Assembly (NCBI RefSeq): GCF_011745625.1
Contig: NW_027191455.1
Span: forward strand, 806,001-870,000
Length of the DNA: 64,000 bases
Direction of reading: 5' to 3'
Source of the DNA: Cladosporium halotolerans
Taxonomy: Eukaryota
Under the pieces are notes generated by a model, which ran no database searches, was not told where the DNA came from, and worked only from the letters and a program-made list of their open reading frames with translations. Each line of letters starts with the position of its first letter. The first letter of the stretch is position 1. The translations under genes and the position numbers were made by a program. This document shows positions 49,397-60,828 of this stretch, piece by piece.

Positions 49397-50002
49397 TATG
49401 AAGACTGGACTTCGCTTCCACTAGACCTCTCTGAGTTCCTCAACCAGGACCTCCCGCAAAATGAGTTCGCCAGCGGCGATAGCTTTGCAGGCTTAATCGA
49501 CTTCGACTTCGAAGCCGTCCTCGCTACAACATCCAACTGTGACACCGCACATCCGACCACTGCAACTTCTTCTGGGACATCTTCTACCACGACCCCCGCG
49601 TCTGCTCTCACCACGACGCAGGACAACCTGTTCACGACGCAGTCGGCACCAGCTGACTCGTCACCCCACGACTGGCATGGCTTGAACAACCTCACGCCGC
49701 CGCCGAGCGTCACGGCCCCCGATTCATCCAAGGACACCAGCCCGGCCGTCCTCAGCCTCAAGCCCGCGACTGTATCCCCAGTGCCGACGGACTCTCCCGA
49801 GGACGCCGGCGAGACGCGCAAGCGGAAGCGCGAGCGCAACACCGAAGCGGCGCGCCGCTACCGCCAGCGCCGACAGGACCGCTTGGACGAGCTTGAGGAG
49901 GCACTGGCGGCCATGACCAAGGATCGCGACGAGCTGCGTATTAAGCTGGCGCGGTCTGAGGCTGAGGCGGAAGTTTTGAGGGGTCTGGTGGGTAAGAAGT
50001 GA
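49397..50002 (+). CDS. jlbA: bZIP transcription factor, JlbA/IDI-4-like (GCN4/Jun-type basic region); start codon unresolved, probably non-AUG
   Basis: RKRERNTEAARRYRQRRQDRLDELEEAL...RDELRIKLARSEAE. The frame is open from 49076, but its first ATG (49913) lies inside the zipper. Confidence 0.7.
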   Translation, partial: YEDWTSLPLDLSEFLNQDLPQNEFASGDSFAGLIDFDFEAVLATTSNCDTAHPTTATSSGTSSTTTPASALTTTQDNLFTTQSAPADSSPHDWHGLNNLTPPPSVTAPDSSKDTSPAVLSLKPATVSPVPTDSPEDAGETRKRKRERNTEAARRYRQRRQDRLDELEEALAAMTKDRDELRIKLARSEAEAEVLRGLVGKK

Positions 50003-50836
50003 GAGGCGCAGCCAATGTGTCGGTCTTAGCTTCTTCTTTCTCTCTTCCTCCATCTTCAAAGCTGAGGAAGCAGTATACCATCAGACGTAATCGTTCAATG
50101 AAAGTCTTCGCCAGTGAAAAAGCCAGACATTCCCTTCGTGCCGTTCATTTTCTCATCTCATATGCTTGAGACCTTGGCATCAAACAATCTGTATCAGAGT
50201 TCTGAGCAAGCGAGTGATCCAGCATCCCCCACGTACGACTTCGTACGATCTTGCCAGAGGTACTTTCACGAGACATGTCACCAACAAGAGCCCTGCGCCA
50301 ACGATAGACAAAACACCCCCCATATTCCACTCCCACGCACCTCCCCCATCCGCCTCAGCGTACATCTCGAGAAGATCCTCTGATCCCACGTAGCTTGAAC
50401 TAATAGCGAGAGTGAGAGTAACAAGTATACCGGCTATGCATACAAAATGTACCTGTACTGGACTGTGCGTCCACTTCCAGTTCCTCTCCTGCCTCCTTTC
50501 CCCAAGCACCACGACCAGCTTCTCCCTCTCTTGCTCCCCCCTTCGGAACAAATCCAACGACTCATGAATCCTGAACAAGCGATCGGAGTGACTTTGCCCT
50601 CCTCCAGCCGTCGACCCAATTTTGCAACACCGTCCAACGATGCAAGGAAAAAAAGAAAAAACAAATCACAAAGAAGCCAAACCCGCAAACCCAGCAGCGA
50701 CCACCGCGAAGCCGCGCGCAGCAGCAGCAGTCCGCATCGCTCGATTTCGCATAAAAACGCCATTGGACACCTTCGCCGGAAGCAAAAACGTTCTCCAGAA
50801 AAAAAAAAAAGGAAGATGCACAAGCGCAGCAAAAGC

Positions 50837-53581
50837 TCACTCGACCCCGACCTCCGGAGGCCCCTGCTCCTGCTCGACCAGCCACTCCATGACGCTCTCG
50901 TAGCACAGGACGAACTGGCGCAGGCTCTGCACCATGCTGAGGCGCTGGTGGCGGAAGTCCTCGACGGTCTTCTCGATGAGGTCGACGTCGTCGCGGGCCA
51001 GCCAGCGGCCGCTCTCGGGGTCCTCGGCCCCGCCGCGCGGGAGCGAGGAGAAGGAGTCGAAGAAGTTCTGGCCGGCTGGAGCCGGGGCTGCGGACTGCTT
51101 GGCGGGCGTGCTGCCGTCGATGTCCATGGGGGAGGCGACGCGCTGCCGCGAGGGTGTGGCGGGCGTCGCGCCCGCGACGGCGCCCAGGCGGCTGATGCGC
51201 TGGCGCTTGAGCATGTCGATGACGGAGCTGACGGTGCAGAAGGTGCCGGTGCGGCCGCAGCCGGCGGAGCAGTGCACCATCACGGGGCGGGAGTTGGGCG
51301 GCTCGGGCTCCTTGGAGGTGGTTTTGTTGGTCGCGCAGACGACGGCCTCGCACTGCTCTACCAGGCCGAGGAGGTGGGCTGGGTGGGCGGGGGCGCCGAA
51401 GTCTGGCCAGGACGAGAATTGGAGCTGGGTGATCTCGCGCATGCGGTCGAAGGGGCGCTGTTCGTGGCGGAGGGTGAACTTGCGGACGGTGACGTAGGGC
51501 TGCTCGCCGTTTGGCTTTTCGTCCTTGGTATCTTGAGGAGCGAAGGGGACGTTGGCGGGGTTCATGGAAGAGCGGCGGCCACCGGAAGGACGGTGTCTGG
51601 ACCGGTGAATCTTGGCTGGATCGAGAGATGCCCTCTTTTCGGACAAGAATTCTAGCTGGAAAGGACCGTACTGATTCTGATCCCAGTAGTTGTGAGCCTT
51701 CACCTGAGCACCTTCCTTCTCTGCCGTGAGCATGACTATCACCCTAACGTCTTGCTGCCAGACCACGTTCCAGAAATCATTGAAAGTTGCTGGTATAGGG
51801 GCTTGCGTTGAAATGTAGCGCTTGTGGCTGAGGGAAGCTTTGATATGGTTGGCGTTGAAATAATCGCAGTCGTCCTGCGGAACACCTTCCAGCTTGACAC
51901 GGGAATGCTCAAACGGCCAAATGTTGTTGTAGCGGTTCTTGTTGCCTTTCTCGATGCCAGCAATCTGTACACCCTTCTCTGCCGGCTTTTTCGCGGAGTC
52001 TTGGTCGTCCGACTTGGGTTCCTCGAAGGTGACTTGTCCTGACAATGCGTCTTCCATCCGTTTCTTCTCCCGCTTCTCAATCTGCTCAAATCGCTTCGAG
52101 ACAATTTTACCTTGATCCTTCTCATTCGCAGCTTGTTTAAGCCATTCCGGGAATGCGTGCTGCTCGGTATTCTGCGTCGCGCGACCTGGGTGTTTGAGCG
52201 GGAGCTGACCAACACCTCCAATGAGATCCATATTTTGTCTGATGTTTCCAAAGAAAGGGTTCGCAGGCTTGTCGGTAGACGGCATAGGGCAGCCTCCGAT
52301 GACTGGCGCAACCTTCGGCCCATCAGCACCGTTAGCAGTCGTAGCCTGGCTGACCTTCTTCGAGTCGATTCCAGCTTCAACGTGGGACGAGAAGCGCTTC
52401 GCAAATTCTGCCATCCCTCCCTTGATGATGTAAGGTGTGCCCTCGTATCCTTCCGCTTGGAATTTCTTGATCGTGTTCATGCACGTCGTGGCATCCTTTA
52501 GTTGCGCGGAGCTGTTGTCGTAGACGACGATGTATTTGCTACTCCTCCAATTGCAAAACCTCTCGCGTTGTTCGTCATCCTTGAAGGTCTCGGCCAGCTT
52601 CTCGACGTTGAATGATGGTCGCTTCAACAGCGTCGTGGGGATACAAAGATTGAGCGCGTCCCGCACGTGAGACTGTGCATATTGTGTCGAGACGCGCAGG
52701 TCCAGTATCAGGACCTGTTCCTCGGCAGCTGAGAGCAAGTTCACGATGTGTTGCGGCGTGGTGAGCAGTTGCGATTCCCCGTCGGTCTTGATGGGCAGTG
52801 TCTCGGCACGGTGCTTCTGTACACCAGGAGATCCGACGAAGGACTTATCCAGAGGTAGCTTGACTCGGGGATGACGATCAGGCGATCCGTCTCTCTGGTG
52901 CTTTTCCGCGTGGTGTTCTGAGGCGACCTGTGAAGCTGGGGACGCTCTACGTGTCAGCTCGGGGTACGTCAGAGAGCCAGGGGACAGCATGCGCTTCGGT
53001 GACTGAGACAACTCGGCTACTGTTGGATCAAGCATACTGCTTCGTGAAGTAGGCGGTGCGCTGTCTCGCGAACCCGGTATGGGCTTGGCCCCGGTCGAGA
53101 ACGACTGTCGGCTTCCACTCCTTGAAGGCGCCGGCCGCGTGGCGGGCGGCGGGTTCATAGTGAAACTGGGCGTGCCGAAGTTGCCAAGTTGAAAAGTCTT
53201 GTTGCCCTCGGACTGCTTTCGAAATGCATCGTAATCCGGGTTCTGGTCATGGGGAACGACGGATGGAGAAATGGCGGCCGTCGAGCGGACAGCTGAGGAT
53301 GGCGGACTCCAGTTGCGCTTGGCATGATGAGGTGCGTCGTTGATGTAGCCGGCATGATCGCCGGACTGAAAGCCAAAATAGTTCGGACTAGGCGTCTTCG
53401 CGCCCTGAGCGGTGTTGTGGTGCGGGGTGGGGAGGCGAGGAGAGAAGTATGGCGGCATGATGGTTGGAGGATGCGCGGCGGCGGTGTGCTGGCGCGCAGA
53501 GGGCGTGCTGGACGTCGGCGTGGACCTGGATGCACGTGGAGGATGCTGTGAGTATGGAGGTGAGGTCGCGGCCTGCGACAT
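50837..53581 (-). CDS. Protein tyrosine phosphatase, Ptp2/Ptp3/Pyp1-type (rhodanese + PTP domain)
   Basis: LNLCIPTTLLKR rhodanese domain; KNRYNNIWP, WPDFG, VHCSAGCGRTG and QRLSMVQS..Q motifs. Confidence 0.92.
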   Translation of the reverse strand: MSQAATSPPYSQHPPRASRSTPTSSTPSARQHTAAAHPPTIMPPYFSPRLPTPHHNTAQGAKTPSPNYFGFQSGDHAGYINDAPHHAKRNWSPPSSAVRSTAAISPSVVPHDQNPDYDAFRKQSEGNKTFQLGNFGTPSFTMNPPPATRPAPSRSGSRQSFSTGAKPIPGSRDSAPPTSRSSMLDPTVAELSQSPKRMLSPGSLTYPELTRRASPASQVASEHHAEKHQRDGSPDRHPRVKLPLDKSFVGSPGVQKHRAETLPIKTDGESQLLTTPQHIVNLLSAAEEQVLILDLRVSTQYAQSHVRDALNLCIPTTLLKRPSFNVEKLAETFKDDEQRERFCNWRSSKYIVVYDNSSAQLKDATTCMNTIKKFQAEGYEGTPYIIKGGMAEFAKRFSSHVEAGIDSKKVSQATTANGADGPKVAPVIGGCPMPSTDKPANPFFGNIRQNMDLIGGVGQLPLKHPGRATQNTEQHAFPEWLKQAANEKDQGKIVSKRFEQIEKREKKRMEDALSGQVTFEEPKSDDQDSAKKPAEKGVQIAGIEKGNKNRYNNIWPFEHSRVKLEGVPQDDCDYFNANHIKASLSHKRYISTQAPIPATFNDFWNVVWQQDVRVIVMLTAEKEGAQVKAHNYWDQNQYGPFQLEFLSEKRASLDPAKIHRSRHRPSGGRRSSMNPANVPFAPQDTKDEKPNGEQPYVTVRKFTLRHEQRPFDRMREITQLQFSSWPDFGAPAHPAHLLGLVEQCEAVVCATNKTTSKEPEPPNSRPVMVHCSAGCGRTGTFCTVSSVIDMLKRQRISRLGAVAGATPATPSRQRVASPMDIDGSTPAKQSAAPAPAGQNFFDSFSSLPRGGAEDPESGRWLARDDVDLIEKTVEDFRHQRLSMVQSLRQFVLCYESVMEWLVEQEQGPPEVGVE

Positions 53582-54960
53582 GGTAGGCGGAGGGCGTTGA
53601 TGGGTGCAGATGCGGTGCGGCCGGGCAGGCGAAGGATGTTGTTGCCCGGCGAGATGGAGTGTGGCGGCGTCTACAAAGCAGATGGTGTACTAAGCAACAT
53701 GCTGGGCGTCATTATTGTGGAAAGGGAGTCGGGTCGGCGCAGTCATGCGCGGTCTCGGTGCAAGTAGGGCGATGGGCGACGGGCGATGGAGATGGGATGG
53801 CACGAGGCGTTGGCGGGCAGGGCGAGGAATCGTCCAGACGGCCGGATGTGTGCAGACGCCTGGTGACGTCAGACAGGAGCGGCGTGTGGGCGCTGACGGG
53901 CCTTCTCAGCCTCAACCAAGCGCGAGAGCGGCGAGCGCAGCCCTGCTTGCGAGGGGGCGGAGAGGCAGGGCACACGCCAGACGACCGTCCAACACCGCGC
54001 AACGCCGGCGGTGGCAACAACAGCGGTGGCGGCATGCGCGGGCAGAGCTACCTTAGACAGCTGCCAGCTAAAGGCGAGATAGACTTGTGCTATCTACGGC
54101 ACACACACTACACACACTCTGGCTAGGCCAGATAGCTGCCGGCCAGGCACGGCAAGCACAGCGCCAAAGCACTGCTGCACTCTGTACCGCCGAGCAATCC
54201 TCATCGCCCTCTCCCGCCGGCCGCTCTCGCACACGCTGCCGCACCCGCGAAATAGTGCCGTGAGCGCAAACGCTGCATGGCTCCTTTCCTTTTCTTCTCC
54301 GAGACCCTGCAGCGGAACAATGCTCGCGTGCCTTTGTCGTGCGTCATCACGCCCCCACCGCGCAAACCCAAAGCTGCTGTGCCAAAAGACCTCTGCGCTC
54401 GCCGCTCAACACCAAGGAAGGGCCGAAGAACTCACCTCGAGCCCTGTCTCATCCACACCCACCCGTCAGCCCACCGCGTCCTTCTTCTGCCTCCCAGCAT
54501 CCTCCGGCGGCGCTCAGTCCCGCATCCGATCACCTCGCTCCAAGCCCTTATCGCTTATCGCTCCCGCGTTCTAGACCGTGCCTGCCGCTTTTGGAAGTCA
54601 CAGAGCTCAGCTCCTCCCACGCATCCGGCCTGAGGCGTTCTGAGGTATCGTAGGTGCACAAGGCAAGGCACACGACTGCACGCAGCAGTGCCTCCTCAAA
54701 ATCCCATCACGCCCTGCGGCCCCCGCCGCCCATTCGTCATTGCTGCGCTGCCACTTGTTGCAACGCCATGGCCTGAAATTGTGTGGGGATCCCGCTCTAG
54801 ATTGCTGCTGCGGCAGGCCTGGACGACGAAATCCAGGTCGCGTGAGCTGTTTGCCGTTGCTGTGCACTCACTTGTGCGAGACTAGAAGTCGTCTTCCCGC
54901 TTGGATTCCAGGCGGACGGCACGTAGTTCGGCGTTCCAGGCTGCGCCGTCGGGTCCCTAT

Positions 54961-55218
54961 CAGCCCTGCCAGTCTGGCCGGGCTTACGGCAGACTTTGAG
55001 CGCAGGGTCGAGTTCGGCAGGTGAAGTCGAGAGTCAGATCATCTCGGGGTACGGCAAATTAAGGTGAGCATGTGCACGCCACGTAGTTCGGTGTTCCATG
55101 CTTCGCCATTGAATACCTTCCAGCCCTGCCGTTCTGGCCGGGCTGACGACAGATTTTGAGCGCAGGGTCGAGTTCGGCAGGTGAAGTCGAGACTCAGATC
55201 ATCTCGGGGTACGGCAAA
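54961..55218. repeat. Direct repeat of ~98 bp (54961-55058 and 55121-55218), about 6 mismatches
   Basis: cagccctgcc...gagcgcagggtcgagttcggcaggtgaagtcgaga.tcagatcatctcggggtacggcaaa occurs twice with a 160-nt offset. Confidence 0.92.
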
Positions 55219-56174
55219 ATGATGTAAAATTATCTACATCGTAACGTAAAGTATCGACTTGTGGCCCATGTCGACCTTGTAAAAGATGTGATCGGAGAAT
55301 TCATGAGGTTCAGGGCTCTGAAGGGTCAAGCGATGCAGATTGATAGGATCCAGTGACACGCCAATCTTCACGCGTACCTGCCAAGGACGGGACATCACAT
55401 CATCTGAATTATGTGCATATAGGAGCAAACCCGTCAAACAACTTCATACTTCCGTTCGCATCCCCTGCATTGTTCGCATGTGAAAACCAAGTCGTCCGAC
55501 CTATTCTTGCTCTAGTCGCTACCGAGTATTCTCGATATACACATCCACAAATATAGTAATGCTCTCGATAAGTCTTCTTGCAGACCTGCTTTGGTTTCAT
55601 CTTGGCGACGACCGGTTTCCATCCTGACGAAGCGTCCCACTGACGACATTGTTATGTCTGTACGTGATGATGTTGGCTTGCAGCCAGGAATAAGCTCTTG
55701 CTCTGAAACACTAGGCACGTTCTTCAGCTCCGCTTGTAGATCTTCGCCATGTCATGACGATCATCTGCACTGGTTTCAGGTGTGTTGCTAGACTGTCGAC
55801 ATGGGAGTCTGAATGGTGATTGCGGCCAGACGTGTATACAAATGCTGCAGAGTCCGAAATCGCACATTCGTGCTCGTCACAGAACGTAAGACCGTGTGCG
55901 CGTTTGCATTTTGGGCCCGAACCAACAGCCTCCCATTTTCGAAAGCCACAGCAACGGCCAAACGCGACGACGTGGCGCACTTTACAGACCTGCTCGCAAT
56001 CGCAATCAGATCAACGAGCATCGCGAGAGCGATTCCACAAACCTACCTCTCCCTTTCACCATCAAGTCACGAGGCCCGCACGAGTGGCCTTGAAGGTGTT
56101 CACTAATCACGCCTCATTGCAACCGCGGCGCGATTTCACAAGCACGAACGCACATACAAGATGGCTCTGCAGCC

Positions 56175-56327
56175 ATCCGTCTCGTCCTACTCCTTCCCTC
56201 TCGAAGGGTACTCACCTGAGTGCAGGACTACTGCGTCGATGCGGCGGATCCGTCTCCATCCCCTATTTTTTCCTTCGAAGCACTCACCTGAGCACACGGC
56301 TCTCGAGCCATTGCGGCGATTCGCCTC
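56175..56327. repeat. Degenerate tandem repeat, ~73-nt unit, two copies
   Basis: atccgtctc...tcgaag..ctcacctgag...tgcggcg repeated. Confidence 0.6.
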
Positions 56328-57189
56328 CCTGAGAACGGCTCTCCCCAGAACATGCGAGCCTCCCTCTCGCCGGAGAAAGCATTCGTACACCGACTCTCGC
56401 CATGATTTCCCCCCACGTTCGTCTGGCATCCTCCAGCACACAGAAACTCTTACGTCTCTTTGAGCGAACGCTGCGAAGTCCTCGCTCGGACCCTCGGTTT
56501 TAGAACCTGGTCGGATCGCCAAACGGGACGTCGACGAGTGCCTTCGGAACCTACTCGCAAGGACGACGGCGTGGAAGGTTTCCCACGGGCGTCCCCAGAA
56601 CGCAACGACGGACGTCAACGGGCGGAATCCGAATTGGAGAGCCGGAAGAGACGGGAGGGGAGCGCTCCTTCTTGCCGGCGAAGCCTTGTTTCGCGAGGGA
56701 GGTCGTCGAGTATGTGAGCGGAGCTGGGATGTGCTTTCGGTCGTTCGCGATGGGGCTCCATCGCAGGGGAACCGTTCCTGGGTTTTGTGTGAAATCGGGA
56801 TGGGCGTATGGTGGGCAGACTGCAGACTCGCGCATGGCTCGTGTGAGAGCGTCGTCTGGATATGGCCAGGAACCACCAAGGTGGCACTGGATTGTCGTCC
56901 CTTAGCGCTGCGTTCTTGACGCAGCATTTGCAGCAGTATCAGAGCGAGATGGCGACTACATTGCGAGACTGGCCGACCACGCTGGACTGGTCCGCAGATG
57001 GCAATAAAGCGGCGAGTCGCCCAAAGTCCTCGAAGCGCGCCGCGGACAGCATTTCCGCGACCACTACCAGCGAGAATGAGTCGACCGCCTTCGCTTGGCG
57101 CAGGATTTCAAAGAGACTGTCTCCAGCGGACAACCGCGGCTCGCAGAGCGTTGCTAGCAGAGGGAGACGACAGCGGCCGAGGAACTTGC

Positions 57190-57729
57190 ATCTCGCGGGC
57201 CTTGCCTCGGCACAGGAGCTCAAGCCGTATTTAAAGAGGCGCTGACAAAACGCCCTCTGGCGGACAGGCTTTGGGGGCTCGCGATGCCCTCGCGGTCCTG
57301 CCGAGGTTGGCGGTGATGTGGCTTGCTGGTGGCACGGTGGCGGGGAGTATTAGCCCTGGTGGCGGCAAGGGACAAGGAAGTGTATGGGGTGGATGCGGAG
57401 GGCACAGGACCCGAACGATGGCCGAAAACGACGAGCACAACGAGAAGAGCTCGATCGTTAGGCGGGACGCGTTCTTGGTCCTCCTGGCTAAGCCGCGCGA
57501 TCAAGACCAGGAGGGCATCTTTCTGGTGAGAATGCGACGAGGCGGTAGAACGGGGCCAGCCATGAGAAAGGCCATCTCGCTTTTGAGGCCCGTCATGGTG
57601 ATGCCCCAGGTTCTGCGGCAGTTCGACTTTGAGCTGTCATGTCCCGACCTGGAGTGGTCGCTGCACGACCATTGGCTCGCCTGCCAGGCAATCTTCGCGT
57701 GCATCCCCATGCATACCCAGTCAGGGTGA
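57190..57729 (+). pseudogene. Degraded cytochrome P450 C-terminal fragment
   Basis: Frameshifted remnants QELKPYL, GGTVAG, RDKEVYGVDAEGTGPERW (PERF motif) and VMPQVLRQFDFEL..PDLEWSLHDHW. The heme Cys motif is lost (GGRTGP). Confidence 0.7.
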
Positions 57730-58463
57730 GGTGATCGTTCGGGCTCGCCGGCCAAGGAATGCATTCTCACACAAGCGTGAGCCAATCCGGGGAAGTCTGG
57801 GCTTGGTCTTCCTCCCCCCGCACTCTTTTACGCATTGGAAACAGCAAGACCTTGGGTGCTGTGGGTCGCCCCAGATGTATGTCGGACGAATCTCCCTGCG
57901 ACGCCGCCGCGCCCTCCGCCAACTGCGGTCGCCCGCCGGACTATTGGCCGCATCGAGCATGGGGCACGAGCAGGCACGCTTGGCGTCAGGCTTGGCTAGC
58001 GACTCCAGAGCCGTAGATCGCAGTTCCCCAGCAGTGGGAGACGACTATTGTGCATGGCACGCGTGCCGCCTAACGAATCTAGGCGAGCCCAATCTCTTCC
58101 TGCCGTCGCGTGGCATCGCAGTAAGCACCGGCCTATCGTTTTAGCGTGTGGGGGAAGAAGCGGGGGATGATCACCATCGCACTTCATTCTCGCGCGCGGC
58201 CAGGCGGGCTTGTACAACTGCGACCGCAAACCGCAGGCGGCTGCTGCGGTGGCGGCGAATGCCGCTGACATGCGGCGCATCTTGACTTTCGCCCAGGCGT
58301 GGCACATAGCTGCAGGTGGTGTGCGACGCGACGGTCAGATTGTTACAAGTAGGCATTGATGCCCGCGTGTTTGGGATGGTAGCTTTCCTCATCCGCTCCA
58401 ATCCTTATCGCCACCCTATCCACTGAGTGAGTGTTCGTCGAAAGGACATACAGCACCGCAACG

Positions 58464-60188
58464 ATGTCGGCCCCCGCCGCCAATTACGACGCGCCCGAAA
58501 TCGAGAAGGCCGGTCTCGAGCACATCGAGCGTACTACGTCGGAAGACTCTGATGCCGTCCACGATGCGCGCATCGCAGCTCTCACACCAGAAGAGCAGAA
58601 GAAGGTCATCAGAAGGATCGATATCCGCCTGGTCTTGACACTGGGTTTTATGTACTGCGTGTCTTTGATGGATCGCACCAACACTGTATGTCGGTCTTCG
58701 CGCCGTGTCGAGTTCACATGCTGACATATGCAAGGGTATTGCCGTTGTTGCTGGCATGGGCGTCGACCTCAAGCTCGTAGGCGACCGCTACTCCATCATC
58801 GTCCTTATCTTCTTCATCAGCTATGTTTTGCTGCAGCCACCTGCGACTGTCGTCCTGCGAAAGGTTGGACCGAGGACGTTCTTGCCATCGATCACAATCC
58901 TCTGGGGAATCACCATGATCTGCTTCGGCTTTATTAGGCAGTGGTATGAGCTGATTCCGTTGCGCATCATTCTCGGTATCTTCGAGGCTGGGTTCTTCCC
59001 TGTAGGTCTCGCGTCCATGTGATTTCTTAACCCTTCTTTCATCATGCTTACACTGCTCAGGGCTGCGCGTACCTGCTTTCTTGCTGGTACCCCCGTTACG
59101 AACTTCAGAAGCGCAACGCTGTCTTCTACCTGATCGGCAGCATGAGCTCGGCTTTCTCTGGCATTCTCGCCTACGGTTTCTGGCAAATGAACGGCCTGGG
59201 AAACCTCGGCCCAGCCTACGGCCAGCATTATGGTCCGACGAAGGCGAACCCGACTGCGCCCAGTGGCATCATGCCCGGTATTGCAGGTTGGCGCTGGATC
59301 TTCATCATGCAGGGCATCATCACTGTCGTCGTCGGCTTCATTGGTGGCATCACCATCGTCGACTTCCCTGAGCTTGCTGCAAAGCACTCCAAGACTTCTC
59401 TCCCATTCCTTAACGAGAAGGAGGCTGCCTTCGTCTGCGCCAGGATTGAGAAGGATCGTCATGATGTCACCCTTGAGCCGTTCAACCTGAGGAAGTACCT
59501 GCTCGGCGCCTGCGACTTGAAGATTCTCGCCTTTGGCTTCCTCTTCGGCCTGACGACCACCGTCACCTACGCGATTGCGTACTTCCTGCCTATCATCCTC
59601 AACGTCGGCATGGGATTCTCCGTCGGTGCATCCCAGTGTCTGATCGGTTCGTCTTCCGCATCGGTACCCAGTAAGATCCTTGACTAACACTCACTAGCAC
59701 CACCCTACGTCCTCGCCGCCATCGTCATGTACGGATGTGCCTGGGCCGGTGACAAGTACCACATCCGCGGGCCTCTCGTCATCATCAACGCTGCCTACGG
59801 CATCGTCGGGCTCGGCATGCTCGGCTTCCTCGAGAACCCGGCAGCGCGCTACGCCGGCGCCTTCCTCGCCACCACCTCCTGCAACTCCAACGTGCCCTGC
59901 GTCCTGACCTGGCAGGCGAACAACATCCGCGGTCAGTGGAAGCGCGCCTTAGCCTCCGCGACCCTCGTCGGCGCCGGCGGCATTGGCGGCATCATCGGCA
60001 GCACCGTCTTCCGCGAGCAGGATAAGGCCACGGGCTACAAGCCCGGCATGTACACCACCATGCTCGCGAGTGCGCTCGTGATCATCATTTCGTGCATGCT
60101 GGAGTTCAAGTTCTGGCGGGCGAACAAGCGTGCTGCGGCCGGTGGCAAGACTATCGCTGGTCTTGAGGGTTTCAGGTATACCTACTAA
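58464..60188 (+). CDS. MFS transporter, allantoate/nicotinate (Dal5/Tna1-like ACS) family; exons 58464-58685, 58735-59001, 59061-59646, 59698-60188
   Basis: RRIDIRL, DRTN, LGIFEAGFFP, WYPR.E...R, GWRWIFI.QG and WQANN motifs; three introns traced in frame. Confidence 0.9.
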
Positions 60189-60828
60189 TTGGAAAGTGAT
60201 ATGAGTTTAGTAATTATCAGATAGGCAGACTGATCATGAATGTCAATAATTTTTCGAATATTTTACTGTGCCTCGTGTATGCTTTTCGAAGACATGCAAT
60301 GTCTGCTTTCCGCGCCGTTGATATAGAATGCTGATGCCGGCAAGGGCAATGCCGCTGACCAAGCGAGACTTGACCTAGATGCCAACGGAGCATTCCACAA
60401 AGGAAGGAAGATATGGATTGCTGCATAGAAAGGATTTGTCTGGTATTATTTCTATTCTCTTGGGGCATCGCCAACCCAAGACCTCACAGCGTCGTTCGTC
60501 CTGAAGCGGCAGCTGGCGCGGGCAAGCGGGAAGGCCCGGGTATCTTGGCAGCACACCCCGAGCAATATCGGAGCAAAAGCGCGCGCTTGCTTTTCGAAGT
60601 TGGTCTTGACTTCAGCATTGCGGATCCCACGCACTCACGACCCTCGACAACAATACTCCTCTGCGCCGGTGAAAGTACGTTAATCGGTACGTCTACCACC
60701 GCAATACTCTCAACAAAGCGACTGCTGCGATTGCGAAACCACAGTCTGCGAATTGCTGCAGAGATCGTGTGACCGCAAGGACCTTTGCTAACATTGCTTT
60801 CTTGCAGTAACCTTCACCAACCGCAAAC

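Noticed and set aside
49465..49490. 26-nt GT..AG or Ire1-type mini-intron that would put ATG 49461 in frame with the bZIP
   Set aside because: Below normal fungal intron size, no branch point, no paired CNG'CNG hairpins, and the protein is not Hac1-like.
60733..60744. GCGAAACCACAG identical to a 25S rRNA segment in the RPS8 leader intron
   Set aside because: Sense orientation, only 12 nt, no C/D or H/ACA boxes; likely chance.
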